NCBI GenBank assembly: GCA_047495785.1
Contig: JBLDXI010000029.1
Location: 124,001 to 188,000, forward strand
DNA: 64,000 bases
Direction: 5' to 3'
From: Lepidodermella squamata
Taxonomy: Eukaryota > Animalia > Gastrotricha
Part shown: positions 26,857 through 40,100 of the stretch, one piece after another
Layout: every line of letters starts with the position of its first letter
Numbering within the stretch: the first letter of the stretch is position 1
Position numbers and translations under genes: made by a program
The notes under the pieces: generated by a model
What the model was told of the DNA's origin: nothing
Databases searched by the model: none
The model's input: only the letters and a program-made list of their open reading frames with translations

Positions 26857-27770
26857 TTAGGAAAATTACAATTATAAAATCAACCTAAAATGTAGATAAT
26901 AGGCAATAATTAATAAGAAAAACATCAGTTTTACCAAGGATTCCAACGACCAAATAAAAAATGCCCAGGATTTCGAAAATTGCCAACTTCGATTATCAAC
27001 TTTGAGGCCGAAATTTTCAACTGACTGTTTGCCGACAACTGGACGTCCTCAAATTGTCCAGGCTTTGGACGATGGATCTTTTTAGATACCCGACTAACCC
27101 GACTTGACTAACCCGACAAGTATTTTTCGTAAATATTCATTCTTATCTTGAAGACATTTTGAGCATTTCTACCAATTTTCGAAAAATCTTCGTTTGCAAC
27201 TTCGAACAATGTCTAGCTGCAGCCGTTACACTGTAACCGTGAAAACATGGGCCAGGTTATCTCGAAATTAGGTCGTCTAAAAAGCCCCGCCGTAACAGGC
27301 GCGAATCGTTTCTGAGTTTACTATTTTCCTCAATTAAATCTTCATCATTTTAAATTTTCTAATAAATTCTGAATCTTGTTAAGCTGCTAAAATCTGTCAA
27401 AATACGACATATTTCCGTAAGTAAACGATTGAAACAAAAAAGGCATTGAAATGACAAGCTCCAATTTGTTGCTTTATTATCACGTGACTTTGTGGTTGTT
27501 TTCTTGTTCAAGTCCTCGGATCTTGTTGGTGTATCATAACAGCCGACTTCGTTTTAGAAGCAAAACAAAAAGCCACATTATTATTAGCAAAGATTTCTCC
27601 CACATTAGAACGTAGGTACGTATATAAGATAATAATCATAAATACAGCGCGAAAAAATATTATCGAAAAATGAAAATACGTATCATAGAGAGAGAGTCGA
27701 CGACGCCGCAACAACAAAAATAGAAGCCGAGAGGAGACGCGATTGAAAGGCAGGCACGCACGCCGACTGT

Positions 27771-30700
27771 TCACTTTGTGGACGAGTGCGGTTTCGTGAT
27801 TTCGATAAAGCCGTCCGCGTTGTCCTCCGATTGCTGGCCCGGATTGCTGAGTGCCCGCCTCGAAGACGAAGAGGGCATAGGCGGCAGGTACCACGACGAG
27901 TCCACCTTTTGCTTATCCTTGTCCTTGCTTCGAGACGATGAAGACGATTTGCGCTCCTCGCGATGGTTATGGTGATGCCTTCGGCCTTTGCCCGTAGTCG
28001 TCGCCGTCGTCGCCACCGCCTCGTGCGTGAGCAGGTCGTCGAGCTGGCTGCACTCGTTGTGGTGGTCGGCAAGGCGCGAACTCGACAGCTCGAACACGGC
28101 CGAGTACGAGCGCAGGATGGTGGCGAGCGAGCGCTCGAACTCGTCGAGCTCGCCGCTCGCGAACAGGAAGCCGAGCGCGAGCGACGGGTCGATGTTCGAG
28201 AACGAGGTTTTCTGCGGCGCGTCGCAGTGGTACGACCGCGTGTCGAACAGGTGCGGGTTCAGCTCCACGTCCACTGTCGGCTGCAAAATACATACAACAT
28301 TCAAAAGAGACTGAAAATTTTGAAAAATTTGGTGAATCAGAGATAATATTTTTGATGTTAACCTTGATCTCTATCTTCTTTATAAAATCTATAATAATCA
28401 AATTGATACTTCGATCTCAAGAAATATACAATTACTTAATTCAAATACTCGCGGCCATCCTCATCGCCTCATGTTTTGCCTTCCTAACGGATCCTATCGT
28501 AATGCTACCAAACCTATTTTTGAAAATTATTTTCTAAATCGTGTCTTGCCAATATGGAACAATCTTCCTGATTCTGTTTTCATTTCTTCGGATAATTTTA
28601 CTACCAAATTCAACTTTTTTAAATCCAAAATTACTAAACTCGACTTTTCCAAATACTGTCCGTCCTGTAACTGATATCTTTTTATACATTGTGATTTGTG
28701 AATAGTAAAACTGCATACTCTTATTGTCGCACAACTCGATTAACTTACACTACATATGTACTAATTGGTTCAAAGTTAGCGGCCTGCGTGCCCTTTTGAA
28801 ACCACGAATTTCTTTTTGTACCAAATTTTTATACGAAAGTATATTTTTCGAAATAAACATAATAATACGGAATGGCTATTCGTACATAGTAATAATACCC
28901 TCGGGCTTCGCTTCGCTACGCCCTCGGGCATTTTCAGCGGGCCGCAATCTCGTTTCTGCCCTCAACACCGTTAAGGAATCCTTAATTTCTGCATTGTTTT
29001 TTAGCCTCATCCATAGGAGAATATTGATTTATTGATTTGATTTATTGTGGACGCACAGCAAAGATTGGTTAGGTGCCCCCTCGAACCTGCGCACCTGGTA
29101 AAAATTAGCTCGCTGGACAATCACTTAATTCGCTGCGCGAAGGTTTGTGCTTTTTATAATAAAGAATTCATCTTTTTCTTATAGCAAGTCGGCGATCATA
29201 ATGTCGAAGTCTGCCCACACAATGTTGCGCACATCTGGAGAAGAGATCGAATGACGTTAGAGGAACATCTGAAGGCCTGCCATCGGGATTTAGCGGCGAT
29301 GCAAACGACAGTCCTCAATACTGTCCCTCTCCCGATAGCCGCTCCGGCTGCTAACGTTGACGCTGAAGACATTTGACATTTGCTGAAAATCCTGTCGGGC
29401 TGCAGATGCAAGCGAAAACAACATACATCTCTGGTGTTTTCCCTTGGTATTTAGGAGATCTCAAAATCGCACAGATCAAGAAATTATGCCTGGGAATTCG
29501 TCTTTGCGATCAACGAGGTTCTTCGGAAGGACTTATCCGCATAGGTACCAATGTGGTTCCAATCAGTGATGTTTTCGCTTCTACTACAACATCGAGTTCG
29601 AAGCTCGCCCCTCCCCCTACCGCATCGACTCCGTTGTTCGAAGACTCGTGTTCAAAAATATTGGCTATATCCAATATTATTACTAATAAACTGCTTCCCT
29701 CCGAAATTCGACATTTCCTACTTCAAACAGAAGATGAACGCTCTAGGCCCAAGTCTTTAAATATTACAAATTGTAATGTAGCCGAATATTCTAGGTGAAT
29801 AAAAAAAAATCCCATGGTTAATAGGGTGAATATAACAAATTTTTCCATAATAATTGGCAAAATACTACTCTCGGATGTTGCCTACAAGAATGCGAAAGTC
29901 ATATTTAGTTATCTTTTCCCCTCTTGGAATACGATCAATTTTTAAATTTCGAACCGGTGCACGTTTTTCTTATTCTTTTTAAAATGGAGTAAAACGTTGT
30001 CTTGGGTATTTTTCCTGGTCTATCTGACTTCACAGGCGTGTCCGGCAGGGTCCAATTGACGACCCATTTTTTGAAATTCCATGAAAAACTGACAGCACAA
30101 TAGCCTGGCTGGTGATTTCTAGGAATAGCTTACGGCAGCCAATTTTCTGATTCCTTCCTTAATTCGCTCGAAAATTCAGAATTTCAATTTTTTTTGCTTG
30201 GCTGAAAAAAATTCCGCCGTGAAAGGGTTAAAATTCATTGAAAACAGCAAATTATTAGACTATTTAAAATTGTCTTTTCTCCGCTCAAATTCAAGTTAGT
30301 CTATAAAGGGGGTCAAATTTCAAATTTCCGATTATAAATCAGCAAGAGATAATTCATTTACTGTTGGCTTTAGAAATATGTGACTCGTGTGACTGTGATA
30401 ATATAATAAGTACCTGGCAGTAGTGGGGGTCGAGGTAGATGAGACTCGAGCCCTGGAAGCCGACAAAGTAGAGCGAGTGCTTCGGCTTGCCGCCGATGAC
30501 GCCGAGCGAGAAGCGCAGCGACATGAACGCCTTGAGCGTCGGCTCGTACGCCGCGTCGAACTCGACCATGCCGAGGCGCACCGGCACGAGCACGAGCACG
30601 CCGTCGTGCGTCTGCGCCAGGTCGTGCAGGTCGCCGAGGAACAGCGTGCCATCCACCGCCACGTGCATGCCCAGCCGGCCAATCTCCGCGTTCGACCGCC

Positions 30701-32520
30701 CGGCGTCGTCCAGCGCCCGCCGCAGCACCACGCCGATCGACGACGGCCCGAACCAGTCGCCTAAAATTAACAAACATACAAAGATAATTGACCATGTTGA
30801 CTCAAATTTGAAAATTAAAGGGGTTGAAATCATTTTGAGCCATCGGATTTGGAACTCGTACTACGCTATTCCTTCTCACACTGATTTTTGTATTCGCGAC
30901 AAGTTTTGCTTTGAATGTGGAGAGCCAACTGATGGGTCTCTCTCCCTCTCTATCTCGAAACTTGATAGTATCTCCAAGATTACTAGTTATTTCGAATGAA
31001 TGAATGAGCTGTCGAGCATTTCGAATAAAAATTATAAAAAAACCGATGTAATTTTCAAGAAAAGCATTGCCTGCAAATGAAAATAAAGTGCATGTTGTGA
31101 ATGTTACCTGGTCGTTTGGAGAGGCAGGCCGAGCTGAGCTCTGTGAGGGCGTGTATGGAGAAGGGCGAGGCGTGGCGGTTGGGCGAGTCGGCGAACCACC
31201 GGATCACGTGCCGCTGCATCGCCACGAGTTCCGCCTGCGACACGGCGCCGCGCTGCCGCTGCCGCAGCGCGATGAACGCCTGCGCCAGCAGCATCTGCCC
31301 CGACCGGATCATGCAGCCCCAGCCGAGGTCCGACGTCACGGGGCCGCCACCGCTGCTGCTTGAAGAGTCCGCATTCGCTGACGACGACAATTGAGACGGC
31401 GATGAACTAGTTGTTGCTGTGGTTGATGACAGTTGAGTACCAGGCAGAGGGGCGAAGTTCTTGCGATACGTCACCCAGATTAGCGAGCGAAAGTCTGCTC
31501 GGAAGCGGTCGAAGGGCGAGCGCGCAAACTTGGCCGGGTGCGCGTACCCAGTCACGTCGTCCGAGCTCGCTTGTCTAATAACATTGAAACATAAATAAGA
31601 CTTCGACGAATTCGATGGCTAACAAAAAGTTTTCGACTGAAAACTTGAAAATTGATTTACATAAATTTTCATATCCGAAATGTTCTCAATTTCTCGAAAG
31701 CTGATCGACCCAACCCCAAAAAAGAATTACCCTAGAAATCCAAAATGCTACGCTAATTCTTGTCCTGAAGAAACCACCCTCACTGGAGTAACCAGAGCCA
31801 TTTCTAGATCTAAATCCTAGACCTCGGACCCCTTATCCGGCACTCAGAATTTTAATGAAAAAAAACGTTGTCTCACCTCTGAAGGGCGTAAGGCCGGCCT
31901 AGCAGCCAAATGGGTTGGTTGTCACTGATGGGCGACAGCAATTCGGCCGCTTTCACTTTGAAGCGCGCGTTGTTCCAGAGCAGCTTCAGCTTGTCACCCA
32001 GCGACGACTCGGCCGAAGTCGCCGAGTTATTTGGCGAAAATTCAGTATTATTGCCATTATTATTACTGCCGGCAATGAGCGATCGGCCCATGATTTCCCA
32101 ATCACTCGAGCCATTCTGCGGCGAATGCGACGCCTTCAGCCGCGTGCCGAACGACGACATTTCCGGCTGAATGACTACGGGCAGGCTTTCCACGGAGTCG
32201 AACGACTTGGCGGGGCGGACGGGCGGCGGCACGATGACGATCGATTGGCCCAGGTCAGAATTGTTTTGATTGGTCGAGTTGGGCAGGCTCGAGAAACACG
32301 CGTCCTCTAGCAGTAACGAGTGCGGCGATCCGAGGCCGTTCGATTGTAGGTTCGAGGAGGCGTTCGTGTCGTCGATTGCGAGTCGGAGGGGCCGGTCGAC
32401 GATTTCGAAGGGCGGCGACCTCGACAGCACGTCGACGCCGGCGGCTTCTTCGTCGTCGACGTAACTACTCGCCAGCTGTAACAAACCACTCATCGATAGT
32501 TCACTCGAAAAGGCGAGCAT
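27771..32520 (-). CDS. ATG4: Cysteine protease ATG4 (ATG4C/D-like); exons ~32520-31877, 31574-31108, 30760-30414, 28280-27771
   Basis: IWLLG, WVTYRKNF, catalytic SDLGWGCMIRSGQMLLAQA, GDWFGPS, IGGKPKHSLYFVG, YLDPHYCQ, SYHC, IDPSLALGF. KLKLLWNNARF resembles the C/D subfamily N-terminus. Confidence 0.93.
28360..28700 (+). mobile_element. 5'-truncated non-LTR retrotransposon (CR1/L2-like) ORF2 3' end, in ATG4 intron 3
   Basis: One frame reads DLYLLYKIYN...NTRGHPHRL...YFLNRVLPIWNNLP...FFKSKI, the motif series typical of the post-RT C-terminus of CR1-group LINEs. Confidence 0.78.
29047..29376 (+). CDS. GTSF1/Asterix-like tandem CHHC zinc-finger gene or pseudogene, nested antisense in ATG4 intron 3; exons 29047-29142 and 29185-29376
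   Basis: Exon 1: CPLEPAHLVKISSLDNHLIRCAK (C-x5-H-x9-H-x3-C). A 42-nt GT-AG intron. Exon 2: QVGDHNVEVCPHNVAHIWRRDRMTLEEHLKAC (C-x5-H-x11-H-x3-C). The apparent start is GTG rather than ATG. Confidence 0.75.
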
Positions 32521-33379
32521 TCATTTTATTAGTTATTTCAATAAAATACAACTTCTAGAAAATTCAAAAATAATATGAAATTTAAATGAAGTTTAAACAA
32601 CACCTAAGAGAATTCAGAATTTTGGGGATTTTCGCTTTCAGTTGGCCAAACTGAATCCAATTGAATAACTAACTATCGATGCCAATTTTATAGTTGAAGA
32701 TGCGTTTTTAGACTTACTTTCAAAATGTAAGCTTAATTTATAGGAAGTTGAAAATATTTCAAAATTCCAGCCATGTCCCAAGTGTCCGCTGTTTCTGAAA
32801 TTTTTAAACATTTAAATATTTTAGTTTCAATGGGAATACCAAAATTTAATCGCATTAGGTTGTCTTTGAGTGGAGCCACAGCATTTCGAAAAAAACTAAT
32901 CAATGAGGAGGGAATTTCGATTTTTTAAATTCGGTTTTATGGAATTATCTCTTCTGATTTGTTTCAGATTTTCGAAAAAGAGGCTCAAAATGTTAGATTT
33001 TATTTACATGAAATTGTTGCTTAGAATAAAGAAGTTGACATTCTGTTGCGTTCGTGATGTTCTTTACAGTATAATAATAATAATAATAAGTATAACGTAG
33101 ATAGAGATGTAGAGAGCAGCGCGCGCGCAGAAAAAAAGAAAGAGACAGAGACGGAATGTTGAAGACGCTCGCACAAATACGCATTATTATCACTTTTTCC
33201 ATTCATTCATCCATCCAATTTATTCATCACTCGGAAAAGGACACCGAAATACAGGTAGTAATAGTAGAAAGTGACGGCCAGTGATCTTGTTGTTGTTGTT
33301 GTTGTTGTTGAATAGAAAGCTCTTTTTAGAGAAGATGAAGACGACGAATACAACGGAGAACTTGATCAAGACGAAAGAG

Positions 33380-36295
33380 TTAAGCTGATCCCGTCTCAAT
33401 CGCCGTCACGCCGTTCGTCTTGGCATCTCGCAGGAATCGCACGATCACGGCGGTCATGTTGTCGCAGCCGGTGCCGTCGCCGGCCGTCGACGGCGCCAGG
33501 CACACGTCGAACAGCTCCGAACAGATCGCCGTCAGCGATAGGCCTAAAAACACAGAAAAATTCAATTTCCGCAATTAACTTCAATAATTTTCAAATTCTT
33601 CGCTCTTCTCGGAAAAATTAGAAAGTCAAAGGGATTCGACGCAAATTGTTCAGTAAAAGAATAAACTTGATTGAAATTCAAAATCGATTCGATAAGCCGA
33701 AATGGTCCACTCAAAGCTGAGCATTTGGCAAAAGAAATTAGCGCTTGTTTGATCATTATATGATAGCTTCAAACAATAGCACCAACTTTTTTAATTTGGA
33801 TTTAGAATCAGAACCTTTTTTCGTGAAAACAAAATAAACTGTAGCGAAGCGGAATTTTAAAACCTGCCACCAAACGCGAATTGGTTGACCTGGGTTCAAA
33901 CTGAAAATCGCATGGAATCTCAACGTAATTTCTCTGAAATCAATTGTGAAATTCCAGAAAATTCAATTATGAGTGATTGTATTTTCACTGGAATTCAGGA
34001 TTTGAACGGAGATTCCGCGAATTCTACGGACATTTATTCGATTATTCTTAAAAAAAATTACCTCTTGCGATGCGTTCTGCGACGAAAGCGCCGACCTCGT
34101 CGTTGGTCATCGAGTTCCAGATGCCGTCGCACGCCAGCACCATGAACTCGGCGCCGTTCAGGTCGGCGACCTTGACGTCAGGCCGCGCCGACACCATCTG
34201 CTCGTCGAGCGGCAGGCTCGTGTTCCGCTTGTACAGGTGGTCGCCGATGGCACGCGACAGGTTGAGGCCGCCCATGACGCGGCCGTCCGGCGTCACGCGC
34301 CCGCCCGCCTTCGAGATGCGCGCCAGTTCCGGCTCGTCGTCCGGCTTGTGGTCGAACGACATGGGCTCGACGCGGCCCTTCGCGTACAGGATGCATCGCG
34401 AGTCGCCCGCGTTCGCCACGATCAGCCGCTCGCCCGCCACCACCGCCACGATCGCAGTCGCGCCCGAACCAACGCCAGGTTGCCTAGACATTAGCATTAT
34501 ACATTATTAAAACAAGAAAATGAAATGCTTCGGAAAAAACAATTTCGGAACTTCATACAGCTGGATTTCTTATATGCTGCATTTTTAGCTTTTCCAACTC
34601 GCATTTCTCACGTAAAACACGTTGAAAATATAAAACGCTGTCTGGTGAGAGGATAGATACGCAACCTTGTAATGGCCATGAGGCTTCATCCACCTTATCA
34701 AGGCTATTTGAACATTAAATAAAACTGTATGGTACCTTTCGTCAGGCGGCGATAGGAATTCGAGATCTGGACCACCGCGGACTTTGATGGCACATGCTCC
34801 ACTGTCTTCGCCCTCCTCTTCTTCATTCTCACCCTCCTCGTCTTCATCTTCGTCTTCGACGATGCCTCGCTGGGCAAGGATCGATCGCCGAAGTAGAGCA
34901 CCACCCAACAGGCCGAGGGCCTTTTTCTTCATGCGAGCAGCGGCGCCTTCCTCGCTGTCGTCGCCACCCGCTTCATCGTCGTCGGAATCATCTTCACCAT
35001 TGAGCAATTCGTCTTCCATCATTTCTCTAAATGATTCAGCGTAAAAATAGGTCGCAATTTAGAATTTCAAGGCAACAAACTTGTAGATTCGGTCTTCGTC
35101 GTCCGTTGATTCTTCAGAATCTTCTTCCTCAGATTCGTCGTCATCATCATCAGATTCTTCCTCATCACTCGCTTCTTCCTCGCTAGCTTCATCCTCTTCC
35201 TCTTCGCCTTCAGCTGAGTGCTCTGAACCTCCTTCTTCATCTTCGACTTGTTCGTCCTTCTCGGCCTTATCGTCAACTTTCTCCGTGATTTCAACCTGTA
35301 AAAAAGCAGGAATAACTCAATTAAAGGAAAATATGTGAGCAATTTACGTTGTTTTCTGAAGCTTCATCTTTTTTCGATGCAGGATTAGCGTTGTTGAGCT
35401 TTTTCTTACAGTCTGACAACGGTCCATCGGGGCATTTACCATCGGCGTGTTCTTTCTTGTGATCACTCGCCCCATTTTCGTCCATCAACAGCCGCTTCTC
35501 TTCAGGTTCGGTCGCTGGTGAACCCAGCGAACCGTTCTGTTGCTGACTAGCTGTCGTTTCCGACTTCTCAGGTGTCGACTTTTCGCCATTTTCTGCCGCC
35601 GGCTTCTCAGGGCGGGTTGATTGTTTCTTGCTGTTCACCCAAGCGCGCTTACGCCCTGAGGTGGTCAATGGAGAGCTTGAGGAAGTTGAGGCACCTTCGG
35701 CAAGCTTTGACGACCCAGCACCTTCAAGTTTCTCTTTCTTCTTATGCAGGTAAGGAGAACCCTTTTTCGGCTTGACAATTCTCGCAATAAGATCTGCCAT
35801 CGACATTTGAGCCTCAGCTTTCAACGCCTCAGGATCGTCTCCCGACGCGTCACTGACCTCTGAATCGTCGTTGTCTTCTTCGTCTTCATCTTCATTGGCG
35901 CCGTTTTGTTGCTTGGAATGGCCATTCTTGCCACCTTCTGATTTCGAACGCTGATCCATTAACTCGGCGCGAACTTTGTCGTCGAGGAGAGCCTTATCGA
36001 GGGCGAGAAATGTTTCGACAAGCGCTTTCTCAATGTCACCCTTCTTGTACGCTTCAAGCTCTGTGAAATACGTGAGAAATTTATCGGCGCAAAAGCGAGA
36101 GATGTCCGAGCCGCCGTGACCGTCGAATACGCCGAAGACTGAGTAAGCGCCACAATCAACGTCGAGGTGACAACAGTGTGCGTCTTCTTGAGCCGTTCGC
36201 CAGCCTTGCATGCTAGAGGCACCGTATTCCAACGTAGAGGAAGCAGCATGCGCCGAGAATTTCTCGGTGGCTGGCTTGGCTAAGTAAACTCCCAT
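33380..36295 (-). CDS. PPM1G: Protein phosphatase 1G (PP2C-gamma); exons 36295-35348, 35295-35081, 35026-34736, 34483-34062, 33543-33380
   Basis: [27 protein letters not shown], long acidic insert, [41 protein letters not shown]. Confidence 0.95.
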
Positions 36296-37107
36296 AATAA
36301 TTCACCGGGCTAATAAAGAAGTAAAAATCTAGCAAAAGCCAAAACTCATGAGAATATATTTTCTAAACGCTCAATGCAAAATAGTCCGAGCCATCATCAT
36401 CATCATCATCATCCGGCGATCATCAAATAGTTTCACTGCATAAAAGACCAAAGCCAGATACAGAATCTACCTGAATTGCTATACGAACTTCGAACTCGGC
36501 AAGTCGCGACCTCAGCCAGCAAAAAAAAACTTCAGCTCAAGATGATTCTTGCGCGCCTTTTCGTTGCAAATAATTTTACAAGGTCGCTCTAAATTTCTAT
36601 TTTTACACAAGACAATGTAACAAAAAAATGAATTTTCGAATTTTTCAAAAATATTTTTGCCGCAGTGTATTTTCTTACAGCTTCATTTCAGCTTTCTTGG
36701 CAACCACGTGCCGGTTGAATGCAGGTCGATATAGCGAGTCTTGCTCATGGCGGGTTACATGTGCGTGTTTACCTTTGTGTCTCAGGTCTTGTTTACACTG
36801 CAGAAGACGCTAAGGTTTATGTCTGCTCGATATTTTACCTCTCGCAGTTACTGCTTTCCGATTAGTTAGCCGATCACTTTCTCTCATACTATTGTCGTGA
36901 TTTCTTTCCCAAACCTTGCGAACAGTTTGAATTATAGTTTTTCCATTTCCATGTTATACATGTTTGCAAGAAAACCGTTATATTATTACTCATTAAGCGG
37001 TTATTCTGCTCGTTTCTTACGCCTGTGTGACATATCACACTGTGATTACTCTTACATAGCATTTGGCATTTGTTCTCAATTGACGTTTGCGATCATTTTG
37101 ATAGAAA

Positions 37108-40100
37108 ATGGCAGGTAATTCGCTATCGTTACGGGCGATTATCAGGGAGTCTATACTTGGATTCCTCTTTTGGAACTTGTTCTGGAACCTCGCACCCTCA
37201 GTGTGGTTTTACCCACTCAACGAAATGGGTGTTACTGGCTACGAAAGTGCCGCTCTCGCCTGGTTCAGCCCGCTTCTTCTGGGCATCCCAGGGCTGCGAG
37301 CGCTGCTCAAATCGAGGCTAGGCCTGATTTTAGCTCGCCTAACAACCATTGCCTGTCTATTCGCTCATCGTTCGGACGGCGCGTTGCAAAAGCTGCTCAT
37401 CAGCTGTTTAGGGAACGGTTCTCTCTTCATTTCTACAACCGTGTCTCTGTGGTCCCTCAGCGTTCACGTGCGTCGTGCAACCTTCTGGGGCTTGATTCTC
37501 GGCTTTTTCGCAACTATCAGTGCTCGTGTTTGGTGTTACACGTTTCTACCAGCTTGGTTCACTGACGAAACCAATTTGATCTGCTTCGGTTTTGCCCTGC
37601 TTGCTACGCTAGATAAAATCATTTCTGGCGACGACTGGGCATTGACTAACACGACACCAGCTCAAGCCAAGGTCAAAACCAACTGGATTACGGCATCGGC
37701 TGGTCTTGCGAGCTTGTTATACGTAATCTACTGGCTGTTCAGCGAAATCTCGGTGGTGACGCGATGGGTGCTATCGACATATCCCACTCCAGGACCTCAG
37801 CCTTTGCCATTTGGGTGAGTCTTGATTGAGAATTGACGGTTATTATTACTCTGAATGATGAGCTGCACAGGGGTCTGAGAGTGATTTTATTCATTCATTG
37901 AAAGACAGGCATAAATGCTACGATAACACTGAAATTGTAGCCCAATAGCGGGCATCGATCTTATTATTCTACTGTTTTAGCTAATGTTTTCGATTTCAGA
38001 CTGCCAATTCTTGCAAGTTTGACGATTGGGCTATTCCTCGGCTTCAACTACAACTTAGCAACCAGTTTGCTATGGTGGTTGGTCGGAACTGGCTGTTTTG
38101 CCGGGGTCTACCTGCTTCCTAGCTGGTCTGGCTACGCATGCGGTGTTGGCCTCGCAATGTACGCCTCATCGTTGCTGATTTTCATGTTCGACGCCTTCAT
38201 CGCAAATGGCCAATCACCGCCGATTCGATCGATGACAGTGTTCTCATTCATATTTTTCGCCGAGCTTCTCTTCAACATTTTCACTGTTGCGTACAATTTC
38301 GTGTACGAATTCGGCGGAGCTTACGCCAGGGAACGGTCTGACATTTTGATTGGCGTACTGATGTTCTTCATTCTGGTTGCTATTCTGCGAAATCGCGGCT
38401 TGGTCAAGCAGAAGAGCGGCGTGCATCAAGCGTCGCTGCGAGACTGCGGTAAAGCCGCGAAGACGTTCCTGCTGCTCTTCGTGCTGGCCGGCGTGACTGG
38501 CGTTGCGTGGCGCATGTCGAAGGTGGAAATGCGGCCGGCGCCTCGGTCTCGCCCGGACACGCTGCGAGCCGCCGTGTTCACGTGCCACTTCGGCTTCGAC
38601 AACCGCGGCTGGTGGAACGCGCTGCGCATGATCGACTTCCTGAACAACACGGACGCCGACGTGATTGGCATCCTCGAGAGCGACACGTCGAAGCCGTTTT
38701 TGGGCAACAACGATTTGACAGCTGTCATAGGTAGGTCGCACTTACTTGAATCGAGAAAAAGATAAAAGTGATGTTGTTGTTGCTGTTGTCAGGCGAGAAA
38801 CTGGGCATGTATACGGACTTTGGGGCGTCGACGCGGGACCACTGCTGGGGCGTGAACCTGATCTCGCGGTTCCCGATCGTGTACTCGGAGCACCACCTGC
38901 TGCCGTCGCCGAACGGCGAGATCGCGCCGGCGATCCGCGCCGGGCTCGACGTGGGCGACGGGCGCATCGTCGACGTGGTGGTGACGCACATGGGCATCGA
39001 GGAGGACGACGGCGACCGGAAGCTGCAGGCGGCCGAGCTGGGCCGCATCCTCGCGCGGTCCGCCGACTCGGCCGTCTTCCTCGGCTACATCACGTCGAAG
39101 CCGTTCTCGCGCGACTACACGCAGCTGACGGTGACGGGGCGCATGACGGACGTGGACACGACGGACGGCGACCGCTGGTGCGAGTACATTCTGTACCGCG
39201 GCCTCGCGCGCCTCGGCTACGCGCGCGTCACGCACGGCCAGCTGTCGGACACGGAGTTGCAGATGGCGACGTTCAAGCTGCCCCAAGTTGGGGCGACCAA
39301 GGCGGACCTGACGGCGATGATCGGCGCCAACAAGGCTGTCGTCACCGACGGCAACAAGGTCGCGACGGGCATTCGCTTCCCTGAATGGTAAGTTCAATCA
39401 TGTACTACCGGTGGCTTTTTGCTGTTTTTGAAGATATTTGCGGCGACTCTTCCGCCACTATCGAGATTTTCAAATTGAAACTTTTCCCAGCAAGTTTTCC
39501 CTCTTTCCTAGTTTCAATATTGGGTCAAAAGGCATTGAGGGCGCAATTTTCTTGATAATGCCTTTCTAAAATCGACTATAAAAATGGATTTCATGGGCTT
39601 TGAGAATGTGATCTATTGTGAAGTACAAATACTTGGGGATGTGTAAAATTCCTAGAGAAGTACATTTCTAGTTAGTAAGTAAATATTTCAATTTTCAATT
39701 TGAAATTCCCAGCCAGAAAACGGAATTATATATTTGCATGGTGACCATTCAAAATGCAGAAAACTCATTTTATCCGACCAATGTCTTATTTCATCCGACA
39801 ACGAGATGTGACTAAAACCTGCCGATTTGCTGTTTCATATTTTGAAAAAATTACAGTAAAAAAGTGACCACTCGGGTCGCCATAACTCTTTCACCATAAA
39901 GTTATGCCGGTTCAGGGGCCAAAATAGGGTGCATAAAAGGGGTATGCCCCTACGGAAAAATCGAACTTGGGAAAATCGAGAAAAATCGATGCTTTTATGC
40001 CGGATGATTTTAGTCACATTTTTGGTTGTCGGATGAAAAAATCACACCCTCAAAATGGCCTTTTCTTGAAGAGGGTTCCAACTTTTTCCAACCTTGGTTC

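Noticed and set aside
25736-32520. PEX14 next to ATG4 as a functional pexophagy cluster
   Set aside because: Adjacency alone in a gene-dense genome; no synteny or co-regulation evidence is available.
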